DNA of 64,000 nucleotides, from contig OZ024741.1 of NCBI GenBank assembly GCA_964016885.1, forward strand, positions 391,530,001-391,594,000. Reading direction: 5' to 3'. The translations under genes and the position numbers were made by a program. Shown piece by piece: positions 24,720 to 48,471 of this stretch (its first letter is position 1; each line of letters begins with the position of its first letter). Source of the stretch: Eledone cirrhosa (taxonomy: Eukaryota). Under the pieces are notes generated by a model. That model searched no databases, was not told where the DNA came from, and saw only the letters and a program-made list of their open reading frames with translations.

Positions 24720-27700
24720 GGCGACCTACGTAGTAAATTGTATCATCGTGAGCTCCGCAAAGGTTTGTTATTTCCGTTTGTTAAAAATTGGCATTTATGG
24801 AAAATTTTATTGTTAACTATATATAAACGCACATACATTGTTTTCCGAAAAGGACACCCAAAAAGATTGGGGCCTTGTGCCCAAAATTTAAACTTTTATG
24901 ATTATCAAAAAATTTCTTTGAAAAAAAAAAAAATGGCTAATTCACCACTGCACCAAGCAGCTGAAAGCCTTTCTCACAAATTAACACCTCACACCGACAC
25001 CACCATTGTAAATGATTATACGTCTTCCAACACAAACAATTTAAGCACTAGCAATATTTTAAATTTGTCTCAGGCAGACATTCATTTCCCGCCATTACCA
25101 ATGACTGCAGGTGTTAAAGCCGCCACCCCCACCACCACCGCGACAACAGAAACAAAAGGAAAAAATAAATCAACTCGTGATGTCGAAATATTTTCAACCA
25201 AAATGGACTCTCCCAAACCGACTTTCACTGACGTCACCACCACCACAACTGAAACAAAAATTAATAATAACAAAAATAACGATAGCAACAACAACCACAA
25301 TGACGTTAAAAAAATCACCCTGAGTTTTGCCAGAGTAGCAAAACAGTTCGAAGCATTTACGGTAACTCAGGAGGATTTAGAAAATGCCAAACAAATGGTA
25401 AAGAAAGATGGGTACAGGGTCAGCCCCCCCCCCCCCCCCCCCACCACCACCACCACCTAATAAAATGGAGCATCGGCGCCTATGCACCGTGTCGTATCGA
25501 ACAATAAATGTAAAATCGCGCCAAGTGGAACGGGCATCCGAATCCCAAATCCCAAAAGCTTTGGGACATGTGTGGGCAAGAAAAACCCACATCAGACGTG
25601 GGCAGAAGTATGGAACCGTGGACGTGTTCTTTGAAACACCAGAGGAGGCTAGAGAACACTCCATGGCCCCATTAAGAAGTGACGACTTCACACTCGTCCC
25701 AAGCTATTGTGGCCAGAGACTCGTAAAGATCAAGGTGACCCACGTTCCACCGGCCATCGAAATTCCCTGGCTAATAGCGGCCGTCCTCGCCGGCATCGAA
25801 GCCAACACAAAGATAATAGCAATAGCAAAAGAAAAGCAGGAGAACTGGTCCGGATCTGGGATGGAGCTCCTGATCCAAGCGGACCAAAAAAGCATTGAGG
25901 AGATCCCAGAGGTAATAGACCTCACTGACGGCAGCCACCTCACCGTAATTGTCGAGGGCAGAAGGCCTATGTGTGTCGTTTGTGGTGAAGGAACCCACCT
26001 AAGGGCTTTCTGCCCTCAGGCTAAAAGGTTGAGGCCACCTCTCCTACCCACCCCAGTGACACAACCATCAACACCACCAGTAGCAGAGATGGCAGCAACA
26101 ACGGTAGCAGCAACAACAGAAGCAACTATAACAGCAACAACCCCAGCAACAGTAGCAAAACTAACACCACCACCACCAGCAAAACCAACACCACCACCAC
26201 CCAACGCTTCAGAACTAGCACCACGCCTACACCATCCACCACGCCACAACCAAAACTAACGCCTGTGGAGGATTTTCCACTCCCCGGCCTATCACAACTG
26301 GAGACAGATTGTGACGACGAGGAGTGGGAAACGGTATCAGGAAAAAAAAAAAAAAGAAACCAAAAAAGAAAGAATTCTCTTCCTTCCCCCTCCAAAAACA
26401 AAATACAGAGGGAAACAAATAAATTAACAAACAAAAAAGTTAGGACAGATATTCCACAATCCACACCAGCATCACCAACCCCATCAACCCAAACACCAAC
26501 ACCATCACCATCATTAACCCCAACACCACCATCACCTACACCACAAAAGTCACCAAAATGCGACAACCTCCCCCTCATGCGATACATCGTAGAGAGGGTA
26601 GCTAGGGAACCTGGCACGGGTGGGTCTTTGATCAATTTAGATCAGTCGAAAGCTTTCGATAGGATCGACCATCGTTACCTAGCGGCAGTCCTGAGGGCGG
26701 CTGGCTTTGGGCCCGTCTTCAGAGGCTGGATCGCTGCCATGCACAGCGACATCTGCTCTGTAGTGAGAGTGAACGGTCACCTTTCGGAACCGTTCAACAT
26801 CACGCGCTCGGTCCGCCAAGGATGTCCCCTCTCGTCCCTATTGTACGTATTGACTCTCGAGCCATTACTGCACAAACTGGAGACGTTGGGGGGGGGGGGT
26901 CCCGCGCGAACTAGGATGCGGAAGATCCGTGTCAGCATATGCGGACGATGTTACCGTAGTGGTGTCGATGCCAAACACATCGAGGCGATCGGCACTACAC
27001 TAAGAGAATAGGAGGCGGTGACAGGAGCAATGATCAACCAGGAAAAGTCAGTGGGCCTGCAGCTCGGCACCTGGAGAGGCAGGTCCATGCCGACCAACAG
27101 CGTCGTCGGGCGCTGGACGGACGGACCGGTTAAATTGCTAGGGGTCTGGTTCGGTCTAGACCTCCAGACGGACAAAAACTGGGACGAGGTGACGAGCAGG
27201 GTGGCTTCTCTCACCCAGAAATGGGCCGAGAGGAAGCTATCCCTGAAAGGTCGAGCGGAGGTGGCTAACGCGTACATCGCGTCCGTCATCTACTACCGCC
27301 TGACCGTCGTACCTTGTCCTAAGCCTCGCCTGACTGCGCTGGAGCGTTTGCTCTTTCGCTTCTTGTGGAAGGGACGCGCTCCGATGGTCAGGCGGTCCAT
27401 CTGCTGCCAACACCCGCTACGTGGAGGGCTGGGCATGCCGTGGCTGATGATGCGCAGACATGCGCTCAGGCTACGACATCTTCACCTCTTCCTCGACGGT
27501 GATCAGGTGTGGTCGCCGTTTGCTAGACACGTTTTTCCCCAACTCGTCTCCTTGACGGAGCTGCAGTCCTGGGTCAAGCGAAGACCGAGAGGGAGCGCTT
27601 GGAGACTGGAATGTCTTCAGGCGCTCACAGCCCTCGACCAATCGGGCAATGTGATCGGTGGAAACTCCACCTTGGCGTTCTATAGGGGATTAGTGGAGGG

Positions 27701-28573
27701 TAAGAGCGACGACGTACTTGGAGAAACTCTAGGCGTCGACGAAAATCAACTAGCCAATCTCTTCGGAAGGACTTTCGGGCCGGGGCCTATGGACAACTTC
27801 CAGAAATCCCTGGCCTGGCAGTGCTACCGGGGTGCTTTTCCAGTTCGGGATAAACTCTACAGGCATGGAGGTGCCGTCAGCCGGGCATGTCCGAGATGCG
27901 CCTAGGGCGACGAAACCGTCCTGCACGCACTCGTCCAGTGTCCGAGCATTGCTGACTTGTGGATTTATGTCGAACACCTGCTGTCACGTGTAGGACGGAT
28001 CCAGCTATTAGCTGAGTCCATCGTGAGGATTGCCCCGCCCTCTTCCTTTAGCCGGGAAGGGCAGGCAGTTTTTATCTGTCTGGTGGCCATGGCGAAAGAG
28101 ATAGTATGGTGGACACGTTTGAAAGGGCTGAAGACGAGCACTTACCTCTTCGGTGATGCCCTGATTAACTTTTTCAAATTTCATTTGAAAAGGAAAATCA
28201 GGGTAGAGAGGGAAGTGCTCTCTTCCCAGCATTTTGTTGAAAGATGGGTGAGAGAAGCAAGTATGGCCCGAATGAATGGGCCTTCTCTGAGTATGTGTCT
28301 GTAAATTAAAGGTGGAAAACTGGGAGAGGGCACTTGCCCTGGTGGTCATGGCCACTGTGGTCTTTTAATGGGCTTTCTCCACAAATGTCCCTCGGAAGTC
28401 TCCCCCCTATTGGGGAATTTTTCTTTGTTATTTTATTTTATCCTCTGTTTTTTTACACGCAGAAATGCCCATTTGTACCGTCCTGTATTGTCCTGTACTG
28501 TCCTTAATGTCTACTTTATGTAAACCCTTGTGGTTAATAAAGAAAACATTATTATTATTATTATTATTATTAT
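24720..28573 (+). mobile_element. L1/Tx1-clade element: ORF1 + ORF2 lacking the APE domain, flanked by (ATT)n
   Basis: ORF1 from ATG 24933, frameshift at poly-C, zinc knuckle CVVCGEGTHLRAFC; RT from ~26560 (LDQSKAFDR, VRQGCPLS, YADD); homologous to 58267..61728. Confidence 0.9.
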
Positions 28574-29130
28574 TCACCCACTTATTCCTGGGATGACGTG
28601 GGGTGAAGAGTCCTCAAGCACTCCTTTCATCGGGTCCTGCCAGAAGCAACTGTCTGCAACTGATACAGCTGGATCCCCAAGAGAGACCAGCCAAGCTCAT
28701 GGATATTATCCACCCATCTTGCTCGGGGTCTACCCCTGGGTCTCCTACCAGTTGGTTTTGTCCGTAAAATTTGTCCAGCGATTCTTACCTAAGACATTCT
28801 AACAACATGTCCATAGTATCAGAGCTGTGATCTCTTAATTCGGAGACGTAGCGACTCTACCTGGATTGACTCTTTGATCTTCGAACTACGCACTCTATTG
28901 AGTAACGTTACTACAAAGACCCCCCCCCCCCTCCCCAGGGGGAACCCCATTTCGGCCACTAGTATTTGCGATCGTATTCTTTCGCTCATTACCTAAGATT
29001 CAAGACCATAATAAGGGTTGACACGAAAACCGAATTGAAGATAGTGAGTTTGACTTTTACGCCTAGTCCCCTTCTTCTGATACCAAATGTTGAAGCTATC
29101 GCATTACTGCTCCAGCTCCTGCAATTTTTT
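28574..29130 (-). mobile_element. Decayed RTE-type 3' fragment, tail-to-tail with Tx1 in the same (AAT)n
   Basis: YYGHVVRM...GRRPRGRPRARWVDNI on the minus strand. Confidence 0.75.
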
Positions 29131-29203
29131 ACTCAATTCAAATTTCTTTTAGTATAAATGATAAATAAGGTTAAACAGGGAAATATATTGGGAGAAGATA
29201 ATT

Positions 29204-29387
29204 GTTTCTACTTTAGGCACAAGGCCAGCAAATACCCAGTGCATTACTGGTACTTTATTTTATCGACCCCGTAAGGATGAAAGGCAAAGTCAACCTCGGC
29301 GGGATTTGAACTCAGATCGTAAAGGGACGTAACTATGCTGGAAAGTATGGCGTCCGACCCTCTACTGATACTGCCAATCCACTGCCC
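29204..29387 (-). mobile_element. tRNA-derived SINE with flanking direct repeat
   Basis: Family match; tattgggagaagataat on both sides (putative TSD). Confidence 0.9.
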
Positions 29388-29528
29388 TTATTGGGAGAAG
29401 ATAATACGAGCATATAAATAAATAAATAAAATTTGAAATAAATATTTGAATAATTAGTTCATTATTTTCAATAGGAAATCTTTTTAATCGATGATTACTA
29501 TGTGGTCTTGTATGAATAATTTCGATAT

Positions 29529-29900
29529 CTCTATATATAAAAAAACAGAGGATGTCTGTCTGTGTAAATCCCTAAAACTCCAGAAGTACCCGACCGATCT
29601 TTTTCAAACTTTACACATGCATTACTTATACTTCTTGAAGTGCAATGAGCTAAAAGGATTTTAACTTTTTCTGCTCTAGGGCCCGCATTAGGCTAAAAAC
29701 CACATTTTAAAGGCTTTTTAGGCTTTTTTGAGGCGTAACTTAAAGATAATCCAGCCGATTTCCTCGCAATTTGCACCACACATTAGTTAGTCACCTTGCA
29801 TTGCCTGTGGACAAAAAACATTTCCGATTCCATTAATGGTTTTTAGGAAATATACGAATTAACTTTGGGCATTACATGCCATTTTCATTTTCAATATAAG
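29529..29900 (+). mobile_element. 5' end of a non-autonomous Helitron-like element (3' limit unclear)
   Basis: TCTCTATATATAAAAAAACAGAG..TGTCTGTCTGT matches reverse of 31900-31990. Confidence 0.5.
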
Positions 29901-31072
29901 CGCTACTTAAACATCGTAAGTAGCGTATAATATTTCGTTAAAAATTTGGTTTATTTAACAGAGGACACCACACTTACTTACTTTTAAGCAGGACCATTTT
30001 TGGGGGATTTAGGAAATGAGGAGGATCTTAAAATTTTCATATGAATTTGAGATAGTAAGGTTAGCGATTGAAGTAATCGAGTCTATATGTGAATATTGCC
30101 TAATAGATATAAAATTAGGCCGATACGTAAAACACTACATAAATACTTATTCATTTTAGATAGTATTCTTTCACAGTATCTTTTATATTTCCCTTAGTAG
30201 ATTAATTTAGATAATATTTCCCACCGTTCCGTTAAGTTATAATTGCCTACTACTGAATCACTAAATAACCCAACCCACAAAGGAAAACATCATGCAGAAA
30301 TGGGAGAAAAGATGTTATAGCGAATATGGTGCCTGCATTGCATAATAGATACTTTTGTATAGGTTTCAAAGCAACTGTGTCAAATGTTAGATGGAATATT
30401 AAACAGAATTACATTATTATAGTAGAGATACGAAAACTTAATACATTGTTATAGATAGGAAACATCGTAAGGCCCAGTGTTTGAATAACGTAACAGGGTA
30501 GATATATAGATTGATACAAAAAAAATAATGGGATAATAAAATATGGATTACACCATACTTTTATAGAGTAAGAGAGTAAGTCCTTTGATCGTTCTATTGG
30601 GACAGTCTCGAGAATAGCTCTTCTTCAAAACAACAGAAGCAACTTTAGAATATGGATGGTGTTAAAAGATGGCACATTACATTCCAAGCTAAATGTTCCT
30701 CTCTCAGTTAATGCTACGTTATGTAACTCTCAGACGGTGGCGAATTGGCAGATTCGTTAGAACGTCGGATAGAATGCTTTGCAGGATTCGTTCTGGCACT
30801 ATACTCTCTCAGTTTATATTCCGCTGATTCTTCCTTTATATCTGTCTCTCACTTCCATACCCTCACTCTCTACCTTTCTCTGGAAGAAATCTGTTATACT
30901 CAAACCTCGAAAGGACATGGGCTCCACCAGGTTTTAAAATACCCTAAAAATGCCGTATGTCAATACGACGCCCCTGCGACTCACCCGAGAGTTACGGGAT
31001 GAAAGAATATGATTCTTATACCTAGTAAATAGTTTGAGGACTGGTGGCAGTTAAGAATTAGATCTATTCGAG

Positions 31073-31143
<71 letters not shown>

Positions 31144-31307
31144 TATATATTATATATACTAGCTGACCCGTCCGGCTGGCGCCCGGCTACCATTGGCGTG
31201 TTCTACGGCATCCAGATATATATGTATAGCTGACGTACTAGCTTCGCTTGGATAAACAGACGATAAGCCGTCTGTGTAGTATAGTATTACTGTTGAAAAT
31301 ATATAGT

Positions 31308-31453
31308 ACTAGCAGAATGGCCCGGCGTTGCTCGGGATTTGCTCTAGGGTTCTTATATATTTGATATATATTTATCCTTATCAAGCCTCGTGAAATAAAT
31401 ACGTTTGTTTATATTTTGTTATTGTGTATGCAAAAATATCTGTACACGAATAT

Positions 31454-31539
<86 letters not shown>

Positions 31540-31990
31540 AAATAACAGATTAAAGTTTAAGCAAAGAATTGCTGCTTTCACCCTTAACGGGATCTTCTGA
31601 AACTAAAGAAATTAATCTGTGAACGCAGAAGTAAATATTTCGAAAAACGTTACACACTATATATATATACATACACTATATATACATATATACACACACA
31701 CACCCCACGTCATAATGTCGTAATGCAGACAGCCAGACACACAGACAGATATTATAAGGGCAGAACGTTATATCTATGCATCTATCTAAAAAGAAAGACT
31801 AAGAATTATAGAGAGAGATCGCTAAATCGCCTAATGCGGTCCCTATGGCATTGAAAATTTGAAATTTCTTTTCTCAAAACACTCATAGGACCATAGTATT
31901 ATATGTGTAAAGTTTGAAAACAATCGGTTGGGCGGTTCTCGAGTTTTAGTGAGCTGACAGACAGACATTCTCTGTTTTAGATATATAGAG
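31308..31990 (-). mobile_element. Non-autonomous Helitron-like element inserted in minisatellite
   Basis: 5' TC start, 3' hairpin CCCGAGCAACGCCGGG followed by CTAG. Confidence 0.7.
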
Positions 31991-32772
31991 AGTATAGTAT
32001 TACTGTTGAAAATATATAGTATAATATTATTGTTGACAATATATAGTATAGTATTACTATTGAAAATATATAGTACAGTACAGTATTACTGTTGAAAATA
32101 TATAGCATATTATTACTGTTGAAAATATATAGTATAGTAGAGAATTACTGTTGAAAATATATAGTATAGTATAGTATAGTATAGTATAGTATAGTATAGT
32201 ATAGTATAGTATAGTATAGTATAGTATAGTATAGTATAGTATAGTATAGTATAGTGTAGTATTACTGTTGAAAATATATAGTATAGTATTACTGTTGAAA
32301 ATATATAGTACAATATTACTATTGAAAATATATAGTACAGTATTACTGTTGAAAATATATAGTTTAATATTACTGTTGAAAATATATAGTATAATATAGT
32401 ATTATTATTGAAAATATATAGTATAGTATTACTGTTGAAAATATATAGTACAGTACAGTATTACTGTTGAAAATATATAGTATAGTATAGTATTACTGTT
32501 GAAAATATATAGTATAGTATAGTATCACTGTTGAAAATATATAGTATAGTATTACTGTTGAAAATATATAGTACAGTACAGTATTACTGTTGTAAATATA
32601 TAGTGTAGTACAGTATTACTGTTGGAAATATATAGTATAGTATAGTATTACTGTTGAAAATATGTATTACAGTATTACTGTTGAAAATATATAGTGCAGT
32701 ACTACTGTTGAAACTATACAGTATGGTATTACTGTAGGAAATATATAGTACAGTATTACTGTTGAAAATATG
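31991..32772. repeat. ~25-30-bp minisatellite (TATAG)n-TATTACTGTTGAAAATA
   Basis: Direct tandem repeats; opposite orientation at 34940-35595, 38797-39352 and 42520-43128. Confidence 0.95.
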
Positions 32773-32777
32773 TACAA

Positions 32778-32820
<43 letters not shown>

Positions 32821-33149
32821 AGCTGACGGCCGTATGTATGTAACAAACTTTTCGCCAAACGGCTGGACCAAACAGCACCAAATTTGCACCATAGATGTAA
32901 CTTTTTCCAAGAAAGTGAGGGTTTCTTTGTTTACTAAATTTAGTTAAAAGATTAAAGATATTTTATTGTTTATTTAAATATTCACTTCTTTAAAATTTTC
33001 AGATGTCAACACTTCCGGTTAGCACTCTCCCTCTTTCTTAGTCTGTCTTTTTAGAGAGATACATAGCTATAATGTCGCGCCCTTATAATATCTGTCTGTA
33101 TGTCTAGCTGTCTGCATTACGAAAACCATTCTGTACATTGGCTTCGCTA

Positions 33150-33305
<156 letters not shown>

Positions 33306-33405
33306 GTGTGTGTAGATATATATATAGTATATATATATATATATAAGACTAGAAACGTAGAAACGTATATATATATAGTGTATATATATATATATATATA
33401 TATAT

Positions 33406-33674
33406 AAAGAAAAAGAGATGAAATCGAAAATGCAACTGGAGACTTTTTTTTTTTTTAAATATATATATTTATTTGGTTCCTTTACCGGTTTCGCAGTTCT
33501 TCTGCTTTTCTGCGAAACCGGTAAAGGAACCAAATAAATATATATATATTTTAAAAAAATAAGACTCCAGTTGCATTTTCGATTTCATCTCTTTTTCTTT
33601 ATACTTTCACTCGTGTAGGACACCTCAGTTATTTTGCATTTTGTAAAAAAAAAAATTAAAAAAAAAAACCTCAC

Positions 33675-33682
<8 letters not shown>
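33406..33682. mobile_element. Fold-back PLE terminal fragment in (TA)n
   Basis: Same family as 11350-11660; inverted arms meet at the hammerhead stem II. Confidence 0.7.
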
Positions 33683-33741
<59 letters not shown>

Positions 33742-33742
<1 letters not shown>

Positions 33743-34575
33743 CTAGAAACGTAGTCTATAGCATAAGATGTACAGAGGGTACTTGCAGAAACATGACAAC
33801 AATATACATAGGCGAGACAGCTCATAGCATAGGTGAAAGGATAGACCAACACTGGGGGGAACTAAAAGGACGAAAAAACGGGTCAGTACTATACGAACAT
33901 GCAAGACAACAACACAGCGGTAACATAGACAACATAGAAATTAGAATAATATCTAAACATAGAAATGACCCAGCAGATAGGCAAATCAGAGAGGCCAGTG
34001 AAATAGAACTTAGAAGGCCAAGGCTAAACAGAAAGAATGAATGGAATAACAACAACGCCCAAACAAACAACACTGACCTAAGAGAAGTATAAATAAATAA
34101 ATAGATAAATAAATAAATAAATACATACACAAGCCCAATAACAACAAACACATATAAACACACACTAGTAAAGATAGAATACATTAACCAATACACAGTC
34201 ACCCAATCACGAACACACATCAAACAAAACACTATACACACACGCAAACGCATGCGCAAAGAAGACAAAATAAAATAAACAAATAAATAAATATATAAAC
34301 AGACTAGATAAAGATGGCGTAGAAAATACAATGCAACGGGAGGAAACAATAGCACCACTGACGATGTTGCAGATGTGCAATGAAAGAACTTTGATAAACT
34401 ATATATATGTTTGTGTCTATATTGTATCTGTATTTTTGACCGTTGGTCAGTCAATGGCAACATTGAGGACCGAATAAAAGACACAGAAGCGATAAGGGAA
34501 AACCAACCAAACAGTGAGTGTGTTCTGTTATTAATTCTGGCAATATTACACATATATGACCCTCCCCGAGTATAA
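33742..34575 (+). mobile_element. PLE 3' fragment: GIY-YIG endonuclease end + UTR with decayed hammerhead (34353-34396)
   Basis: IYIGETAHSIGERIDQH...RQIREA..LNRKNEW; CTGACGA-tgttgca gatg tgcaat-GAAA; flanked by (TA)n. Confidence 0.75.
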
Positions 34576-35645
34576 CAATATATATATATATAGTGTTAGT
34601 ACCATAAATAAGAGACAGTTTAATTTGTACATTTTATTACAGAATTCCTTTATATGTATATATACATACATAAACATATTATTTACAGTTGTATAAAAAA
34701 AGAAGTATAATTGTTTTTACTTTTGGCACAAGGCCAGCAATTATCCCAGTACATTACTGGTACTTTGTTATATATAATACGACATTCCTCTCTCTGTGTT
34801 ACTCTGTCTTTTTAGAGAGATACATAGCTATAACGTCGCGCCCTTATAATATCTCTCTGTCTGGCTGGCTGTCTGCATTGACTTCGCTTCTAACCAGCTT
34901 TTAATTAATTATATATATATATATAATTATATATTCATGTGCATATTTTCAACAGTAATACTGTACTATATAATTTCAACAGTAATACTATACTATATAT
35001 TTTCAACAGTAATACTGTACTATATAATTTCAACAGTAATACTATACTATATATTTTCAACAGTAATACTATACTATATATTTTCAACAGTAATACTATA
35101 CTATATATTTTCAACAGTAATACTACACTATATATTTTCAACAGTAATACTATACTATATATTTTCAACAGTAATACTATACTATACTATGCTATACTAT
35201 ACTATACTATACTAAACTATACTATACTATACTATATATTTTCAACAGTAATACTATACTATATATTTTCAACAGTAATACTATACTATACTATATATTT
35301 TCAACGGTAATACTATATTATATATTTTCAACAGTAATACTATACTATATATTTTCAACAGTAATACTATACTATATATTTCAACAGTAATACTATACTA
35401 CACTATATGTTTTCAAGAGTCATACTATACTATACTATATATTTCCAACCGTAATACTATACAATACTATATATTTCCAACCGTAATACTATACTATACT
35501 ATACTATATATTTCCAACCGTAATACTATACTATACTATATATTTCCAACCGTAATACTATACTATACTATATATTTTCAACAGTAATACTATAATACAC
35601 AGACGGCTTATCGTCTGTTTATCCAAGCGAGGCTAGGTACGTCAG

Positions 35646-38440
<2,795 letters not shown>

Positions 38441-39403
38441 TTAGTACCATAAATAAGAGATAGTTTAATTTGTACATTTTATTACAGAATTCCTTTATAT
38501 GTATATATACATACATAAACATATTATTTACAGTTGTATAAAAAAAGAAGTATAATTGTTTTTACTTTTGTCACAAGGCCAGCAATTATCCCAGTACATT
38601 ATTGGTACTTTGTTATATATAATATATATATAATACGACATTCCTCTCTCTGTGTTACTCTGTCTTTTTAGATAGATACATAGCTATAACGTCGCGCCCT
38701 TATAATATCTCTCTGTCTGGCTGCCTGTCTGCATTGACTTCGCTTCTATCCAGCTTTTAATTAATTATATATATATATATAATTATATATTCATGTGCAT
38801 ATTTTCAACAGTAATACTGTACTATATAATTTCAACAGTAATACTATACTATATACTTTCAACAGTAATACTATACTATATATTTTCAACAGTAATACTA
38901 CACTATATAATTTCAACAGTAATACTATACTATATATTTTCAACAGTAATACTATACTATACTATACTATACTATACTATACTATACTATACTATACTAT
39001 ACTATACTATACTATACTATTCTATATATTTTCAACAGTAATACTATACTATATATTTTCAACAGTAATGCTATTCTATACTATACTATATATTTTCAAC
39101 GGTAATACTATATTATATATTTTCAACAGTAATACTATACTATATATTGTCAACAGTAATACTATACTATATATTTTCAACAGTAATACTATACTATATA
39201 TTTTAACAGTAATACTATACTACACTATATGTTTTCAAGAGTCATACTATACTATACTATATATTTCCAACCATAATACTATACTATACTATACTATATA
39301 TTTCCAACCGTAATACTATACTATACTATATATTTTCAACAGTAATACTATAATACACAGACGGCTTGTCGTCTGTTTATCCAAGCGAGGCTAGGTACGT
39401 CAG

Positions 39404-42165
<2,762 letters not shown>

Positions 42166-43179
42166 TTAGTACCATAAATAAGAGACAGTTTAATTTGTAC
42201 ATTTTATTACAGAATTCCTTTATATGTATATATTCATACATAAACATATTATTTACAGTTGTATAAAAAAAGAAGTATAATTGTTTTTGCTTTTGTCACA
42301 AGGCCAGCAATTATCCCAGTACATTACTGGTACTTTGTTATATATAATATATATATAATACGACATTCCTCTCTCTGTGTTACTCTGTCTTTTTAGATAG
42401 ATACATAGCTATAACGTCGCGCCCTTATAATATCTCTCTGTCTGGCTGCCTGTCTGCATTGACTTCGCTTCTATCCAGCTTTTAATTAATTATATATATA
42501 TATATAATTATATATTCATGTGCATATTTTCAACAGTAATACTGTACTATATAATTTCAACAGTAATACTATACTATATACTTTCAACAGTAATACTATA
42601 CTATATATTTTCAACAGTAATACTACACTATATATTTTCAACAGTAATACTATACTATATATTTTCAACAGTAATACTATACTATACTATACTATACTAT
42701 ACTATTCTATATATTTTCAACAGTAATACTATACTATATATTTTCAACAGTAATGCTATTCTATACTATACTATATATTTTCAACGGTAATACTATATTA
42801 TATATTTTCAACAGTAATACTGTACTATATATTGTCAACAGTAATGCTATACTATATATTTTCAACAGTAATACTATACTATATATTTCAACAGTAATAC
42901 TATACTACACTATATGTTTTCAAGAGTCATACTATACTATACTATATATTTCCAACCATAATACTATACTATACTATACTATATATTTCCAACCGTAATA
43001 CTATACTATATATTTCCAACCGTAATACTATACTATACTATATATTTTCAACAGTAATACTATACTATACTATATATTTCCAACCGTAATACTATACTAT
43101 ACTATATATTTTCAACAGTAATACTATAATACACAGACGGCTTATCGTCTGTTTATCCAAGCGAGGCTAGGTACGTCAG

Positions 43180-45720
<2,541 letters not shown>

Positions 45721-46194
45721 TTCTGGGAATTTTCATCCTTAATATGATAAATAGAAAACTGCCGGAGATTACCGGTGGTTTATATAGAGATGACATATTA
45801 TTTACTGTAGTTAAACATAGTAATAGTGAATTAAATAGAGTAAAGAAAGTAATTATAGAATTCTTTAAAAATTACGACATGAAATTGGAAGTAGAAAATA
45901 TCAGTAAAATAGGTCACTTTTTAGACTTAACCCTTAATTTAAACTCAGCTCTATATTACCCCTTCCATAAACCCAATGAAAACCTAAATTATGTTAGTTT
46001 CTATTCTAATCATCCTAAAAGTGTTAAAAATGCAATAGTCAATAGTGTTCAACAACGTATATCCAGATTATCTGCTAACAAATCCATTTTTAATAGTAAA
46101 GCTGGATATTATAATGAAGCGTTACATAAAGCAGGATATAAAAATAATATTGAATATGTAGATAAAAATAATAGTAATTATAAACACAATATTC

Positions 46195-46285
<91 letters not shown>

Positions 46286-48425
46286 TAAAAATTAATGTAA
46301 AAATATAAATAAAAATAACAATTTGGAGAATAAATCCGGGAAAAATATTAGAACTAGATCTATTATTTGGTATGCCCCCACCAGCGTCTTTAGCTATTAA
46401 AACACCTTTAGCACATTTATTTTTTAAATGTTTCCCTAGATCACATAAGTATTACTCTATCTTCAATAGACACAGTTAAACTTTCGTACTCAACAACTAT
46501 GAATATGGTGCAGTATATTGCAAAAATTAATAGCAGAATCCTTAATTCTAGCCAACATATAATTAGCGATAATAACAATAATAATAATAATACAGTAATT
46601 AATGTGAATAACAATAATAATAATTTAAACACATATAGTAGAACACCTAGAAATATTAACAATGATAATACGAACAGCTTAGGTTATAGAAATAGCATGG
46701 AATTGAACTGTAACTGTAGAAGGAAATCGGAATGCCCTTTGCAAAATAACTGCCTTGATAAGAATTTAGTATATAAATGTACCATTAAAACAAATAATAA
46801 TAGTACTTATAACTACATAGGTGCAACTTCATCGAACTTTAAACTTCGCTTTTCCAATCATAAACATTCTTTCTCGAATCCAGATAAAAAATGTTCTACT
46901 TCATTATCACAACTAATATGGTCTTTAAAAGAGAAAAATATAAAATACTCAATTTCTTAGATTAAGCTTAGAAACTCTGAATCCTATCGGAACGGTTCCA
47001 TCTCACCAAACTGCAATCTTTGCAATTTAGAGACTCTATTAATAATTACTAATTATGGTAATTTAATTAATAAGAAAAGTGAGTTATTTTCAAATTGCCT
47101 CCATAAATCTGGAAGAACATTTCAAGCATCATATAAATTTAGGAAAAAACATTGACTGAGTGAGGAACAAATATTGACATTTATTAATAATTCTTGTAAT
47201 GATACTGTTATTGTTATTATTGTGTATAATGTTTTACCTTACCTTATAAGATTGCATATCGGTTCTTTTATATAGTAAGTTAATCTCATGATTGACTAAA
47301 TACCTTTAGTTTGGTTTGAGAATCATCTTTTTATGACTGGAATTTTCTAAATTTGTGATCTGAAATAACTTCAGATTTTCAAACCATTTAGCTAATTTAA
47401 ACGTCCAAATATGCTGTACGGAGCTCCTTTGTTTATATTCATCGTGTTTAATTTTCGTTTTATCCAAATGGATTAATGTGTATTTAACATGATCTTTAGT
47501 GTTGCATATGGTAAGATTTGGTTGAATCGAAATAATAATACTTTCAAGAGTAAATATAACTAATAATTAATCCTATATGTAATTGACAACTATTGATTTA
47601 AACTGATTGTAATGTTTATAATGTTCATAATTCTAAACATTATATAAATTGCATATACAGATGCTAATATACGATTAAGTTATGATAAATACTCTCATAC
47701 ATATTTACTATATCTGTAAACATCATTGGTAGTTAATAATGATTCTGATTTTGAATTTTGTAACTTAAGATTGAATATATTTATTAATTTAACTATGCTC
47801 CTAATTATCATTGAAAATATCTTATATTGTTTAATTTTGATATAATATAATAGTATAATTTGCTCAAATATAACCAAATACAATAGATTAAAAATTTCAC
47901 GATATTTAATTGGTCGCTTCTACCTGACTTAATATTTGTCCCTTTCTTCTTTCTTTCTTTTTTATTTCTTTTCCTTTATAGTTATGTATTCCATTCTCTA
48001 TTATATCTCCTCCTCTTTCCTTTTATCTTCATATTTTTAGTTTCTTCCCTCCTCTCTTATATTTAGCACTCTCTCTCTCTCTCTTGTTTTTTCTCTAACA
48101 CAGATATTTACGGGTTATTTATGTCTTCTATATTTTCTCATACTCACCCCCTCCTAAAACTTGTATATCGCTACATATCCCTCTCTCCATCACATTTAGT
48201 TTGTCATGTTATTACTTGTGGTATATAAATATTGAGTTTGGTTGTAATAAATCACTGCCAAGACTGAAATTGAACCATCAGCACAGTTGAGGTATGTCAT
48301 ACATCAATTCATATATTTTATCTGATGAGGATTTACTGAAAAAACAGCACAGTACCTCCGAAATATATATAATAAAACATATATTTTGATTATGTAAATG
48401 TCTCCATTTATTAATATTTTGAATA

Positions 48426-48430
<5 letters not shown>
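45721..48430 (+). mobile_element. Naiad-like PLE, 5'-truncated and decayed (RT C-half, GIY-YIG, pseudo-LTR)
   Basis: GLYRDD, FLDLTLNL, SNHP, CNCRRKSECPL, YNYIGAT; ends in (TA)n. Confidence 0.9.
48316..48377 (+). ncRNA. Minimal type I hammerhead ribozyme, intact core
   Basis: ttttat-CTGATGA-gga..tactg/cagta..tcc-GAAA-tatata-TA-ataaaa. Confidence 0.85.
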
Positions 48431-48471
<41 letters not shown>

